From: Octopus sinensis
Lineage: Eukaryota
DNA: 64,000 nucleotides
Assembly: GCF_006345805.1 (NCBI RefSeq)
Contig: NC_043002.1
Span: 61,008,001-61,072,000 of the forward strand
Direction: 5' to 3'
In this document: positions 26,180 to 38,335 of the stretch, in pieces
How positions within the stretch are numbered: the first letter of the stretch is position 1
How the letters are laid out: each line of letters starts with the position of its first letter
The notes under the pieces: model-generated
Seen by the model: only the letters and a program-made list of their open reading frames with translations
Told to the model about the DNA's origin: nothing
The model's database searches: none
Position numbers and translations under genes: made by a program

Positions 26180-26505
26180 TCCGCATGAACACGAAAAGTG
26201 GACAGTCCTTAATTGGTATATATAAATATTTTAATATTCGGATTCTTTTTTAATATGCTAGACCACTGGTCTTAATTGATAAATATCAATTTCTACCCTT
26301 AATTAATTTTATATAAATAAATATGTTCTCTAACCGATAAATTAACTGCTGCTAATTATTAGCTGCAGGCTAGTTTTCTCGGGTTTCAACGCGCCAAAGT
26401 AAAGGCATTTGAAAGATATATTCAAATGTAATAGGCTGAACTCCATGCACGCGATATTTCGGTATCGTGTTTGCATCTAGTCCAGCAAATTACATTTATA
26501 ACGGA

Positions 26506-26569
26506 CCATGCTGATGATGGCTGCAGTTTTCCTTGCGAAAATAACAGCTGAAACTAATTTAGTACATGG
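26506..26569 (+). ncRNA. Type I hammerhead ribozyme, family C copy 3 (inverted)
   Basis: CCATG 26506, CTGATGA 26511-26517, GAAA 26550-26553, cleavage A 26564, CATGG 26565-26569; one G fewer in the helix II extension. Confidence 0.9.
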
Positions 26570-26899
26570 GTGATTATTTTATTTCGTATATTTTTCACTT
26601 GTTTATTGCTATGGTTTTGTGTTGAGTTTGATCTGAGAACATAATCTTTTGTGGTGAATGGCGATTTGACGTCTATATCTAGCATGTTGACTGTCCACTT
26701 TTCGTGTTCAGTCCTTAATTGGTGTATATATATATATATATGTGTGTGTGTGTAACTTTATATGTATGTATCCGTCTATATAATAGGTAACTGCACGTAC
26801 ATATACTAAATATTTATTATTTATTTTTTGAGTATGCACGTATGAATAACTGCGCGTATATATATTTTACTATTTACTTATTTTTTGAGTATGCATGTA

Positions 26900-27119
26900 A
26901 GTATGAATATAAGGAGGCACGTGTGTGTGTGTGTATGTGTAAGCATAGATATATGTATACTTTTACGCATGTGTGTACTTATGTGTATATATGGATGCGC
27001 GTGTGTGTGTGTGTGTATGGGTACGCATGTACATGTGTATGTGCGTGTATGTGTATATGAGTATGTATGTATGTGTGTGCGTATATTTGTATATGTATGT
27101 ATGTATATGTATGTGTGTG

Positions 27120-27168
<49 letters not shown>

Positions 27169-27407
27169 ATGTGTATGTATGTATATGTATATGCGTATGT
27201 GTATGTATTTGTATGTGTATGCATGCGGTATATATATGTACGTATATGTATACGTGTGGGTGTGTGTATGTGTAAAATGTATGTATGTATGGATGTATGG
27301 ATGTATGTATGTATGTATACGTATGTATGTGTATGTGTGTATATGTATGTGTATGTGTGTGTATATGTATATATATATATGTATATATGTATATTTGTAT
27401 ATGTATA

Positions 27408-27439
<32 letters not shown>

Positions 27440-27471
27440 TATGTATATATATGTGAATATGTATATATATG

Positions 27472-27504
<33 letters not shown>

Positions 27505-27909
27505 ATTTGTATGTAGGTGTATATGTATGTGTGTGTATTTATATTTATTGGTGTATATGTATAGACTGGCCTTCTAAGAGTGTAGACATGAATCTGTAGG
27601 TACGCGTACGTATGTGTATATACGTGAATGTATGTAGATGTATGTATGTATGAATATAACGCGTGCGTGCGTGTATGTGTATGAGTGTACGAATGAGTGA
27701 GTGTACGTGCTAAAGAGTGTGCGTGAGTAAATGAGTGCTTGTTTTCCAGTAGACAGATAAATGGACTGGCTGTCATAGCCAAGATGTTTGTGACCAGCGA
27801 TCAAAGATAACAAAAGTAATAAATGAAGATAATAAAATTAAAATTAGGGAATGGTCTGTATTTGTATGTGTATATATATGTGTGTATGTGTAGGTATGCA
27901 TAGGTACAC

Positions 27910-27957
<48 letters not shown>

Positions 27958-28320
27958 ATGTATATGTATGTGTGTGTAATGTGTGTGTATGTGTATATAT
28001 GTGTATATAGGGACTAGTGTGCTGTGTGTGCATATGTGTGTGTGGATATTGTGTGTATGCGTGTATGTGAGTATGTGTGTGTATGTGTATATATATTTTT
28101 TCTGTGTGTATATGTATGTGTGGTCGTGTGTGTATATATACATGTGTGTATACGTGTATGCATGTGAGTGTGTGTATGTATACATATATGTGTATGTTAG
28201 ATATGTATATGTATGTGTAAGTGTATATATATGTATATATGTGTGTGTGTACGTATGTGTGTATGTATATGTATATATGTTTGTATGTGTGTGTATATAT
28301 GTATACATATGTGCATAGGT
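26900..28320. repeat. Degenerate (TG)n/(TATG)n/(TA)n microsatellite region
   Basis: Directly visible; ORFs are low-complexity artefacts. Confidence 0.85.
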
Positions 28321-28560
28321 ATAAGTGAGAATCTCCTTATTTACCTAAAACTCTATTCCCTTTTTTTTATATATATTTTTATATATTTTTTTATATATTT
28401 TTTAATTTTTTTATTTATTCTTCTATCTAATTTAACACTGACTCCTTGACCACTCCCCCAAGTATGATATTTTGCGCTATGCCTACCCCCAAAAAGTCCC
28501 CCACGAACACCCCTTTAAACCTGCCTAAATGTATAAATGCCAATACAATTCTTGTTAACT

Positions 28561-28611
28561 AGCTTCCTGAAGATTTCTCTTGAATGAAACAGTTCTAGTC
28601 CTGTAGAAGCT
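28561..28611 (+). ncRNA. Type I hammerhead ribozyme, family B (right copy)
   Basis: AGCTTC 28561, CTGAAGA 28567-28573, GAAA 28586-28589, CTGT-A 28601-28605, GAAGCT 28606-28611; exact reverse complement of 25196-25246. Confidence 0.85.
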
Positions 28612-28705
28612 CCTTCTATATAATAAATTAATTTTACTCTACTATGTATTGAGTACCTTATTTACTGTGGTTAACCCGAATCAACCCGGGACCTACATAT
28701 ATATA

Positions 28706-31700
28706 TACGCGAGAAAGAAGCAACAAGAATGGATAGGTTTTTAGTACAATCGTTTCATACAAGGACAGGCTTTATTAAAAGTTGTAAAAATTACAGCATA
28801 TAAACGTGTCCCGTACTCATCAGCTAAAATACATGTGAGTTCTCTAGACATCCTAGTGGTTGAGGCTATACTCATGAAGTAATGTAGATAATTAAGTAAC
28901 ATAAACAGATTTCCAAAGTTCATAAAGTTCTTTAAAGATGATGTACAGTCTTATCACAGAATTTTAAAAAAGTTCTTATAGCATCACAGAGAAGGTGACC
29001 TAATCCATAGAGCACATATGAATTTCCAGAGATATGATGAGGGATTACATACTCACAGAAGACAAATTTATCCATTGTTAATCAGACGAGGTGGGTCTCA
29101 ATTCCTGCTTATTAGCATTACAGAGAGGGTGAATTAATCCTTTGTTTAGATGCACAATTTCCAATGGTGTAGATGTAAGTTTCCAGAGAAATGAAGAGGA
29201 ATTTCATATTCACAGGCGATAAATTTATCAATGGTTGAACACAATGAGGTAGGTATCAATTCTTGTTATATGATTAGTATTTGCCACATTAATCACATTA
29301 CTGCTATTTACAAGAGGCTGTAGCTATTTACTTATAAAGGCTGAAGGGCCTTCTGGAGAGGCCAAGAATAGAAAGGAAGGGAATAGAAGAAAAGAGAGAA
29401 AATAAGGGAGGAGGGAGCAAAAAAAGGCGGGGGAAGGGGACTAAAAGAGAAGAGAAAAGGAAAAAGAGAATAAGAAGAAGAAACAGAAAAAAAGAGAAAA
29501 GAAAGAAATAGGGAAAGAAGGGAAAAAAATAAAAATAAAAAAGAGGGTTCTAGTTATCCAGAAGAATAGTAGACGGCAAGTCTGGTTTTAATTTACAGGC
29601 ATCTAGGAACTAGAGGAGAATATTATTCTTTGGCCAGTAAAACAGTTAATTTATTGCTGTTGAAATCAGTTATGAATTTAAAGAGAATCTAAAGAGATAA
29701 CACAGTCAGGGGTTTAGGGGTCAGATGCTAAAATCAAAAGAAAATACATTAGGAAAATCTAAGTATAATCTTATCAAAAAGTCAATAAAACTTACTTATT
29801 TATTTATTCATTTTATTGTCTTAAGGAGTTGCCGTTATTATTCATACATTGACGGACTACAGGTCAAATCTTAGAAGATCATTTACAAGGTGTTAGGGGA
29901 TTGTCTATCATAATGAAGATAATCATATTATCACCGAGGGGGTAGCCTTATTTATTTAATTTTGAAATAGAATTATGGGGCTATAGTATCTCATTTTATT
30001 TTATTAGAGTTATGCTACTTAAATTAGATTAAGTTAGGAATTAAAATTAAAAATTACAATTAAGATTTAAAATTAAGAATTTAAAAGATTATGAGTTTGA
30101 AATTAGATAAAGCCTAAATTAAGCAGCGTGTAAGTACTATTCATTTCCCTGTTCTCAAAAAACTGATGCAGATATAAGGAAAAAGATAACTGTGGTGTGA
30201 GAACTCTTAGTTATCTACTTAAAGCAGTGCTATACTAGTAGAAATCAAGTTATATCTATCTATCTAGTTACGGATATTCTAATCATTTAAAATATTTTAA
30301 AGTCTTCAATTTAGCGTGGACACAAACTTGACCTAGTTCGATATGATTATTCAATAAGTTTCTATGTTTTCTATGCTTTAGAATTTCATACGTCTCATGG
30401 AGCATAGTTGGCAACCAACCCTACTATTTTTATACGGAATTGCTCTCCTAACTATTTCCCAATTAAGGTTATAATTTTTATTATTATTTTTGAGTTCCCA
30501 GATTTTGTTTGAAAGTGTGGTGGTACCAGCTTTATGACGTAAGTTAAAAGACGAGATGTGATTTCTAACTCTGGCTAGAAAAGTAATTGTACATCCCGTA
30601 AAGATATTTGTTATTCTCCGTGGATATGGTACATTTATAGATTACATTATTTTCCCCACATAGACCAGGTGCCGGGCATTTTGATTTTATTCTACACTTA
30701 CACACAGGAGGAGCAACTTCAGGCTTTGGATTATTCTTGGGTAGATGTCTTAGGTTCCTATTATTTTGATTATCATTTCTATAGTTGGTGCTGATATCTA
30801 AAGTATTGCTATTATTTATTGATCCTTCAGCTTCATCATTTAGGTTTAAAGTCCTACCATGATTTATTATATTATTGGTAATGTTACTATTATTGTTAGT
30901 CTTTTTTTCCGACTGCATATTGCTGTTATAAATATCACTGATATTTTCATTCTCCTTATTTTCTCCATTAGCCTTATATCTATTATTTCTAATTATTAAC
31001 ATTATTACTTCTATTAATATCGGCATTGTTATTATTACTATTAATGTTAATGTTATTAGTCATTCTGTGGTTACTAATTTCACCTATGTTTTGATAGTTA
31101 CTATTGCTGTTTTTTTGTTGGTAGTATTATTATAATTGCTATTGGTATTCATGCTGATATTATTATTTTTATTTCTATCTTTCCTGGCTAGTTTAATGTT
31201 TTTATTATTAATCTTAGCTATTAAAGGGACATATTTGGGGGTTGAATAAGAAATCCTAACTGTTTTCCTAGATATAATTCTATGATATCTATGAGAGATA
31301 GGGAAATTTTTTTCCAGAATTACTTTGAATTTGTTCTGTATATCCGATTGTATCGCACAGTTGAAAGGGATATTCAGCCATAATATATCTTTTTTATTAA
31401 ATTTAGGGTTCGTAGAATTACTACTATTCATCTCACCGGAGTTATTGTATTTATTACCATTATTTTTATTTTTATTTGTGTGCATCTTAGGTTTATCTAC
31501 TTCAATATTATCCGAGTTACCTATGTTCTGGTCAATGCTTCTATTTGAATTGTTGGGCCTGTGCGCTAGATTAGCGTTTACCATTAATTTAATTCTACTT
31601 TTATTTCGGGCTTGGTCTGTATTGCTGCTTACGTGATTACTGATAACTTCATTATTAGGAATACGTGAGTTCCCCTTATCAACGAATGTAATCTTTTGGT

Positions 31701-31983
31701 TGTATCCAGCCTTAGTTAACGCCTCATTATAATGCTCAGAATGGGAGTTAAATATATCCTTATTGGATGATAATTTTGAAATTCTTAATGAAATATTTCT
31801 TACTAAAGATTCTATTATATTTGGGGGATGATTTGATAATTTATTTACGTAATTCGTGATTTCGCCTTCCTTTCTAAATGGGTAATGTTTATATGCTGTA
31901 ATTTTTACAACTTTTAATAAAGCCTGTCCTTGTATGAAACGATTGTACTAAAAACCTATCCATTCTTGTTGCTTCTTTCTCGC
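28706..31983 (-). mobile_element. PLE family D, 5'-truncated, long 3' UTR, inverted terminal tail
   Basis: Minus strand NKLSNHPPNIIESLVRNISLRISKLSSNKDIF..HYNEAL (RT thumb), ILWLNIPFN..KNFPISHRYHRIISRKTVRISYS, CKCRIKSKCPAPGLCGENNVIYKCTI (GIY-YIG); 31887-31983 is an inverted copy of 28708-28806. Confidence 0.85.
28739..28829 (-). ncRNA. Type I hammerhead ribozyme, family D, extended helix II
   Basis: Minus strand TTTTAG-CTGATGA-GTAC.GGGACA..long loop..TGTCCT.T.GTAT-GAAA-C(GATT)G-T-A-CTAAAA; helix I 6 bp, helix III 2 bp, GUA triplet; at the 3' terminus of PLE D. Confidence 0.8.
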
Positions 31984-32112
31984 TTATAATCACCCCACAT
32001 TACTGTATTGTTAAAACAGTATAGTTTTTTTTTGGTGCATCTAAGTTAGGTACCATATTCAAGTAAATTCATTTAAATTAACTTGAATCTTTATTGCTTT
32101 TTGTATATATAT

Positions 32113-32161
<49 letters not shown>

Positions 32162-32799
32162 GTGTGTTTGTGTAATGAGACTGAACAAGAAATCCAGAGA
32201 TATATGTGCCTGGCGGTGTTTACTTAGCTGCATAAAAATGTGCTCCGCTAAGTGTGAGAGGAATCTTTGTGTGACGATGGTATTAGTATCTTTCGGCTTT
32301 TAAATTTCCTCTGGCCATTTTAATAATCTATAATTTTCACTTTACCATTTTACGGAATCAACCGCATATTCCTATGACGTTTTCTTTAAATTGTGAAGTA
32401 GAGTTAGCTTAACTCTAGACAATGTAGTAGCATCACCGGTGAGGATTAATTCTATCCCAAATCGGCCGGTTGATCTGGTTTCCTCACTTGCCGTGGGGAG
32501 GTTGTCTCCCTTGTCAGTCAATAGATAGTTGTCTGTTGAACAGAAAATGCTTCGTTCGTGGCTTAGTGTTGTTTTAACTCTTATTTCTGTCAATGCTGTG
32601 GTGCTGTCTCGAACTCTTAGTAGTTTTTAGTGACGAATGTATTTGTGCCTTACTAAACACAATATCATCGTATATACCGTTATTGTATCCACGTTTGTGT
32701 ACACTGAAAACTTAATCCTGTCTCATTCTTATTATTGTCAGCCTTTCAATGCAAATCGAACGAAACAAGTGAATGATTTGTTTATATATAACATGCAGT

Positions 32800-33500
32800 T
32801 ATATAATTAGAATATTCCTATTTACTGCAGCGCGGATGATCATGTCTTCATTAAATACTTTATCCATGCTATCCTCAGTATTCTCCTTCAGAAGCACTTT
32901 TCACAATTCTCGAAGCAGCGTCTCATTTCTGATGTAAAAGACCATGCCTTACCTCCATACAATACAAAATGGTAGACACAGCAGTTCAATATATAGATCT
33001 TAGTCTTTTACGTAGTTTCAAGATGTTTTTCATATAAACCCACAAATTATTCTGCATAGATAATCCAGAGAGAAGCAGTTTCCTACTTACCACTGCTTGA
33101 GTCACCCCTTCTTCATCAGACGTTTTGCTTGTCCATGTTATCCTGATAGAAAGTAGCCGAGTGAATTATATTATCGAACTAGGTTAAAAGTTTATATGTC
33201 TGAAGTTAAAACCATTTAGGTCTCGATGTCATAGATTGTGATCATCGATATCGCATCTCCTGGTATTTCTGCCTGGACAAAATAATATATTAACTCGGCT
33301 GACAGCCATCTTATCTGGAAAGAAAAATATTTGACGAGTGTATACCTGCGTAGGCATTTATCAACAACATCACCAAGATAACGCAAGTGATTGCTGTCAA
33401 AGAACACTCTTCCATGAAAATTCTTAATTTCAAGAGTATTGCAATTTGGTTCTGCCTAAAGCTTAATAAAATGAAATCGAATTTGTCCGAATTTAGAGCC
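32800..33500 (-). mobile_element. Degenerate non-LTR RT fragment(s), RTE-like
   Basis: ILNCCVYHFVLYGGKAWSFTSEMRRCFENCEKCF*RRILRIAWIK resembles the RTE C-terminal LYGCETW..FEM.FLRRMLRISW block; upstream NHLRYLG motif is further away than expected, so two pieces are possible. Confidence 0.6.
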
Positions 33501-33758
33501 ATTTCAATTATATGAATCTAATTAGTAATAGATTTTAAGTTCACACTAATTATTTTCTGCAGTGCATTATTGAACAAAAACTTCAATATATGTGTAATGA
33601 AGACACACACACACACGCGCGCGCGCACACACAAACACATTCACATTTACGGATATATACTATATATATCTTATACTTAATCACCTACATGAATGAAAAT
33701 ACACACACATATCTAGGTATGTTTATATATATATATATATAGATATAGATATAGATGT

Positions 33759-33807
<49 letters not shown>

Positions 33808-33936
33808 CATATATATGTGTGTGTAAATATTTACATATATATATGTATGTATATATACATGTATATATATATATGTATGTATGTATATGTGTAAGGTTAT
33901 ATACATAGATATACACTACACACGTACATATGCAAA

Positions 33937-33978
<42 letters not shown>

Positions 33979-35059
33979 GGTTACAGGAAGCTAGCTGGTT
34001 GTTATAGCAACAACTTACACCGCATGTCCACTCCACACACACTCACACACACGTGCATCTACAACATTCGTTAATTTCTTGAGGATGGGGTCATAACCCC
34101 GAAATATTGAATGCAAGGTGGGTCTTCATTAATTCACATATTTGTTTTCTTGTGGTTTGCCTTCCTTTTACTTGGCATTGTTCTCGTCCTATCCACCATC
34201 CCTTATACAATATATTTATACACATACGCATAAGTATATCTCTATATACTTGTATATACATGTATATACATTTATATATATATATATACTTACATACCAA
34301 CATATACGTATGTATACATGCACGCACACACACACACACATAGGTAAATATCGCATAGTATATGAAACCTGATGCAACTTGCATTGGGTGGCACTTATGA
34401 ACATACGGTATCTTTTAGTTTTGTAATTAGTATTTATTGCAATCACAGAGGTGGTGTTTTGATGATGATGGTCTTCTCAGACCATCCAAGACATATTTGA
34501 AATAAATCTGACCTGGAAGTCGATATCTACGGAAGTCGTGCGTGATAACCCGTCATTTCTAAAAAATATTGGGTAGACGTCCATCAAATCATACCCGAGT
34601 GTCCTAAAAATGACATAATTATACGTGCTAATATATCTCTGTGTACATTTGGAGTTAAATACTTGCAGCGTAACTAGTTGGGGTGTGGGGCATGAGATTC
34701 ACTCCGGGTGACGCTTTTATTAGGAAGCTCTTCTCGTTTTGCTCTATAAGCCTATATAGGGAGCGGGGGCGTGAGATGGCAAACTCAACATACACTACAT
34801 CTTGCTAATGACAAAGGGGGATATGGCCATGGCTTAGAAGAATTTGGTCTAGTCTTCTAATTATGTGCTATTTTGATCTAATAATGCGTGTTCCTAATAA
34901 TGAAGTTCTGTTGCTATAATATCAAAGCTAAAACATGCAGAGTAAAGCTGCTTGGCACACATTGATCTTAAACTCTGCTGTGCATGTGCACAAATTCTTA
35001 ACGCTCTAATTCAGTTCCGCTGTTTGTAGCATTGCTTGGAAGGAAAATGTGTAGTGAGT

Positions 35060-35480
35060 GATCGTCGCATTAGCCATAACAAAGAAAAGTTGTCGTGGCG
35101 ACATCTGCTCAGAGGCCTTGTCAAAGTTGCAGGAAGTGTATGGAGAGGGGTATAGGATCCGCACACAAGAGTAAGTGTGGTTGAGACTTTTCCAAGATGG
35201 CCGAAAAATGTCGATATTGATAAACATTTTGGGAGACCCGTTAACAGCAGAAGTGAGGAAAATATCAGAGATGTGCGTGCAGCTGTGGAGAAAATCATTG
35301 ATTCACCATCCGAGAGTTTTCAGAGGATGTGCAGATTAGTTACGGTTCTGTTCAGTCATTATATCTGAAGATTTGGGTATGAGACGTGAGACTGCCAATT
35401 TTGGGCCAAAACTGCTTTCAGCTGACCAGATAGACACTCGGCTTTCAGTTTCACAAAATCTCCCCTTGATTGTGTCAAGA
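35060..35480 (+). pseudogene. mariner transposase N-terminal (HTH) remnant
   Basis: EALSKLQEVYGEG...W.RLFQDGRKNVDIDKHFGRPVNSRSEENI...ISEDLGMRR...PKLLSADQ. Confidence 0.75.
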
Positions 35481-35639
35481 ATGATGAAAATGTTTTGAAA
35501 ACTTTGTGTAGGCCTCTGAGCTGATATCGCCAGGCAAAATTTGATGCAGATTCTCTACTATACTTTCTCTGTAATAATCAATGCGATGATCACACGCTAC
35601 ACACCTTCCTTCCAAGCGCTAATATTAACAGCAGAAGTG

Positions 35640-36150
35640 AGCTCGAACGTTAAAAATTGGTGTGCATGCAAAAGAAATTAATGATGTAGAAGGCCCACGA
35701 TCTGTCTACGAACGTATGACACAAAACTGGTTTAGACGTTTTATGGAAGGTGATAACATCCTTGAAGATAACCCATGTTCAGAGAAGTCTTCTGGTGTGG
35801 AAGATGAAGCTTTGTTTGAAATGGTTGAATAGCATCCAAGCAGAAGCATTCATACATTGTCAGCAGAACTAGGTCCTTCACAGAGCAACATCAGTCGATA
35901 TCTCTATATGCTGGGCCTTGTGAACAGACGCTGTCGGGAACAGACCAATGGCTATCCTCAACGACAAGTGAATATTTGCAAACAACTGCTAACGAATTCT
36001 CGAGATGCTCTTTTTTGACGTCGAATATAAACTGGGGAAGGAAAATAGATCTATCTTCATAATGCTAATATAAGATATCATCGGCTTCGTTTTCTTCAGG
36101 TTTTAGGACCTCTTGTCAAACATGGTCGGTCAGAACAGAAGGTCATGTTG
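35640..36150 (+). pseudogene. Second mariner transposase remnant
   Basis: ERMTQNWFRRFMEGDNILEDNPCS...LSAELGPSQSNISRYL...KVML..W. Confidence 0.72.
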
Positions 36151-36828
36151 TATAGTTGGAGGAATTCGGGATTTTTTGCGGAGGGTGAAAGTGGTAACAA
36201 GAACAGGACAGTGAGAACAAAACAGTAAAAACAAACGGTGAGGGCTGTTAAGTGAAGACGATAGAAAAATTATTATGAACGCTAGGAAGACGAGCTTATG
36301 AAGGAGACAGCATAAGCAAGTTGTTGTCTCTACCATGGTAGTGGTCAGAAAGATAGATTATCTTTCGTCACGTGTCAGTGACGAGAGAGTCGAGGGGGAG
36401 GAGGAGTGAGAGAGAGGGAACGGTAAAGAGGAGAGCAGAATAATAGGAAAGGGTGGGAGAGAAAACCAGAAAGGATGAAGAACAAGAGAGGGAGAGAGAT
36501 ATAGACAGAGAACAGATAGTAAAGATAGAAGAGTGCACATCAAAATTATTAAGATAAAACTTACTTGGAAAAGGATGTGTGGCGTTTGATTGTATAATAA
36601 TATAAATAATATATAAATATATGCATATATACATACATATATGGACATACTTACATATATATGTATATATACATGCTTATATGGGTACAGGATATAAAAA
36701 AAAACGTTGAATAGAATGAGAAATGAAAATATAAAAACGAAAACATAGAAATGAACTATATATACACATTTATATACACACACAGACACACAGACACGCA
36801 CGCACACACACACACACACACACACACA

Positions 36829-36860
<32 letters not shown>

Positions 36861-37368
36861 TACATTTACGCATGCACACCTCTAGGTCGATCAATGTAGG
36901 TAAGTGTATATGCGAGTATGTGAGAGAATGTGTGTATGTGTGTCTATAAACGTATATGTTCGTGTTATAGCCACAATGTGCAGAAATCTACGACAGCATC
37001 CTGATCTGACATACATCTTATCTCAATGTAACAAGGCTCATATTTGATGTGTACCAAATGATAAACTTCCTAACCTACATTTCACTGGTTAACCTTGAGA
37101 CATCTTGTTACCATTAAACAGACATCTTATAATCTTTTCATCCGTTCAACGACAAAATGCTACAGATGTAAGCCATCACTACTTACTCTAGGAAAACAAA
37201 GACATCGAAAGTAGACTTTAAGTGACTAGAGAAAGCAATTTAGAGAAAATATCTTTTCTTGTCAGAAACTGAGCAAATGATGTGGTCTTAACTAGGAAAC
37301 GAAGAGCATTGCCGTGGTCATAATAGCTGGGACAAATAGCAGCCAAAACTGTCTTCGTTCCTGCAAAG

Positions 37369-37369
37369 C

Positions 37370-37456
<87 letters not shown>

Positions 37457-37520
37457 TAATAATAATAATAATAATGATAACAATGATAATAATAATAATA
37501 ATGATGACAATAATAATGAT
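37369..37520. repeat. (AAT)n microsatellite
   Basis: Directly visible. Confidence 0.95.
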
Positions 37521-37524
37521 AATG

Positions 37525-37790
37525 GACAGGTGGGCTTGGGAAATTAAGCAGATTTGGTCGATGGAAAAGGTAGCAGTAGTACCAATAATTGTCGGAACAA
37601 AAATCTGGAGAAGTATGTGGAACTAATACGGGCTGCAATAAAGGTGGAGCGCTTGCAGAAAACAGCACTGCTTGGAACCGCTCAAATACTCCGGAAGGTT
37701 CTCGAAAAATAAGAGGTGTTACCTTAGTTCACTGGTAAGTGAACAGCTGACACTATAGTAGATTTCCTGCGTTAGAAGCTGTGCAAAGGC
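37525..37790 (+). mobile_element. R4/Dong-type 3' fragment with (AAT)n tail
   Basis: EIKQIWSMEKVAVVPIIVG...ERLQKTALLGTAQILRKVLEK*, short 3' UTR, AAT tracts on both sides. Confidence 0.85.
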
Positions 37791-37850
<60 letters not shown>

Positions 37851-37858
<8 letters not shown>

Positions 37859-37975
37859 CCATACAATAACCATCAGAGCATCACAACAAATCACAGCACA
37901 TACCCAAGGCACGCAGAGCTGCGCTCGGTAGTGAAGTGAAAGCACGCTATAAATGATAATAATAATAATGACAAT
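37851..37975 (+). mobile_element. Very short 3' end of another probable R4/Dong family
   Basis: ACA CTT TCC ATA CAA TAA (TLSIQ*) then ~100-bp UTR, between AAT tracts; family assignment is inference. Confidence 0.5.
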
Positions 37976-38335
37976 AATAATAGTACAACCTAAACAAAAC
38001 AATGGACAAACACAAGACACTCTGTACAGCAAATAATAAACTTCCGCTAGCGAGCTAGATAACCGACGCATTAAACACTCAACACACAATACAAGCCGTA
38101 ATACAACAAAAGACTGCACCACAAATCGAGGAAAAAACAAACTTACAATACTGGGAAGATTTTGAGCACTTGTAACAAAAGAAAAGAACGCACAATGCTA
38201 CATACACCCCAGCAACACAGAGGTGTAGCAGGGGATGCAGCAGAAATTTGCCTCAAATGACCAAATATCGAACAATTATATACTACTACTACTACTACTA
38301 CTGATGATGATGATGATGATGCCTGAACACAGTAT

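Larger units (their letters stand above)
25383..26722. repeat. 487-bp HHR-containing unit: 1.6 tandem copies (25383-26183) plus a ~520-bp inverted copy (26203-26722)
   Basis: AATTAATTAAGGGTAGAAATTG at 25383 and 25870 (period 487); reverse complement from 26203; no ORF. Confidence 0.92.

Noticed and set aside
25383-26183. CRISPR-like or tRNA/rRNA interpretation of repeats
   Set aside because: Repeats are eukaryotic tandem units without spacers; tRNA-like boxes are SINE heads lacking full cloverleaves.
33040-33125. CTGATGA...GAAACTGC on the minus strand
   Set aside because: No helix I or II pairing and no U at 16.1; judged coincidental.
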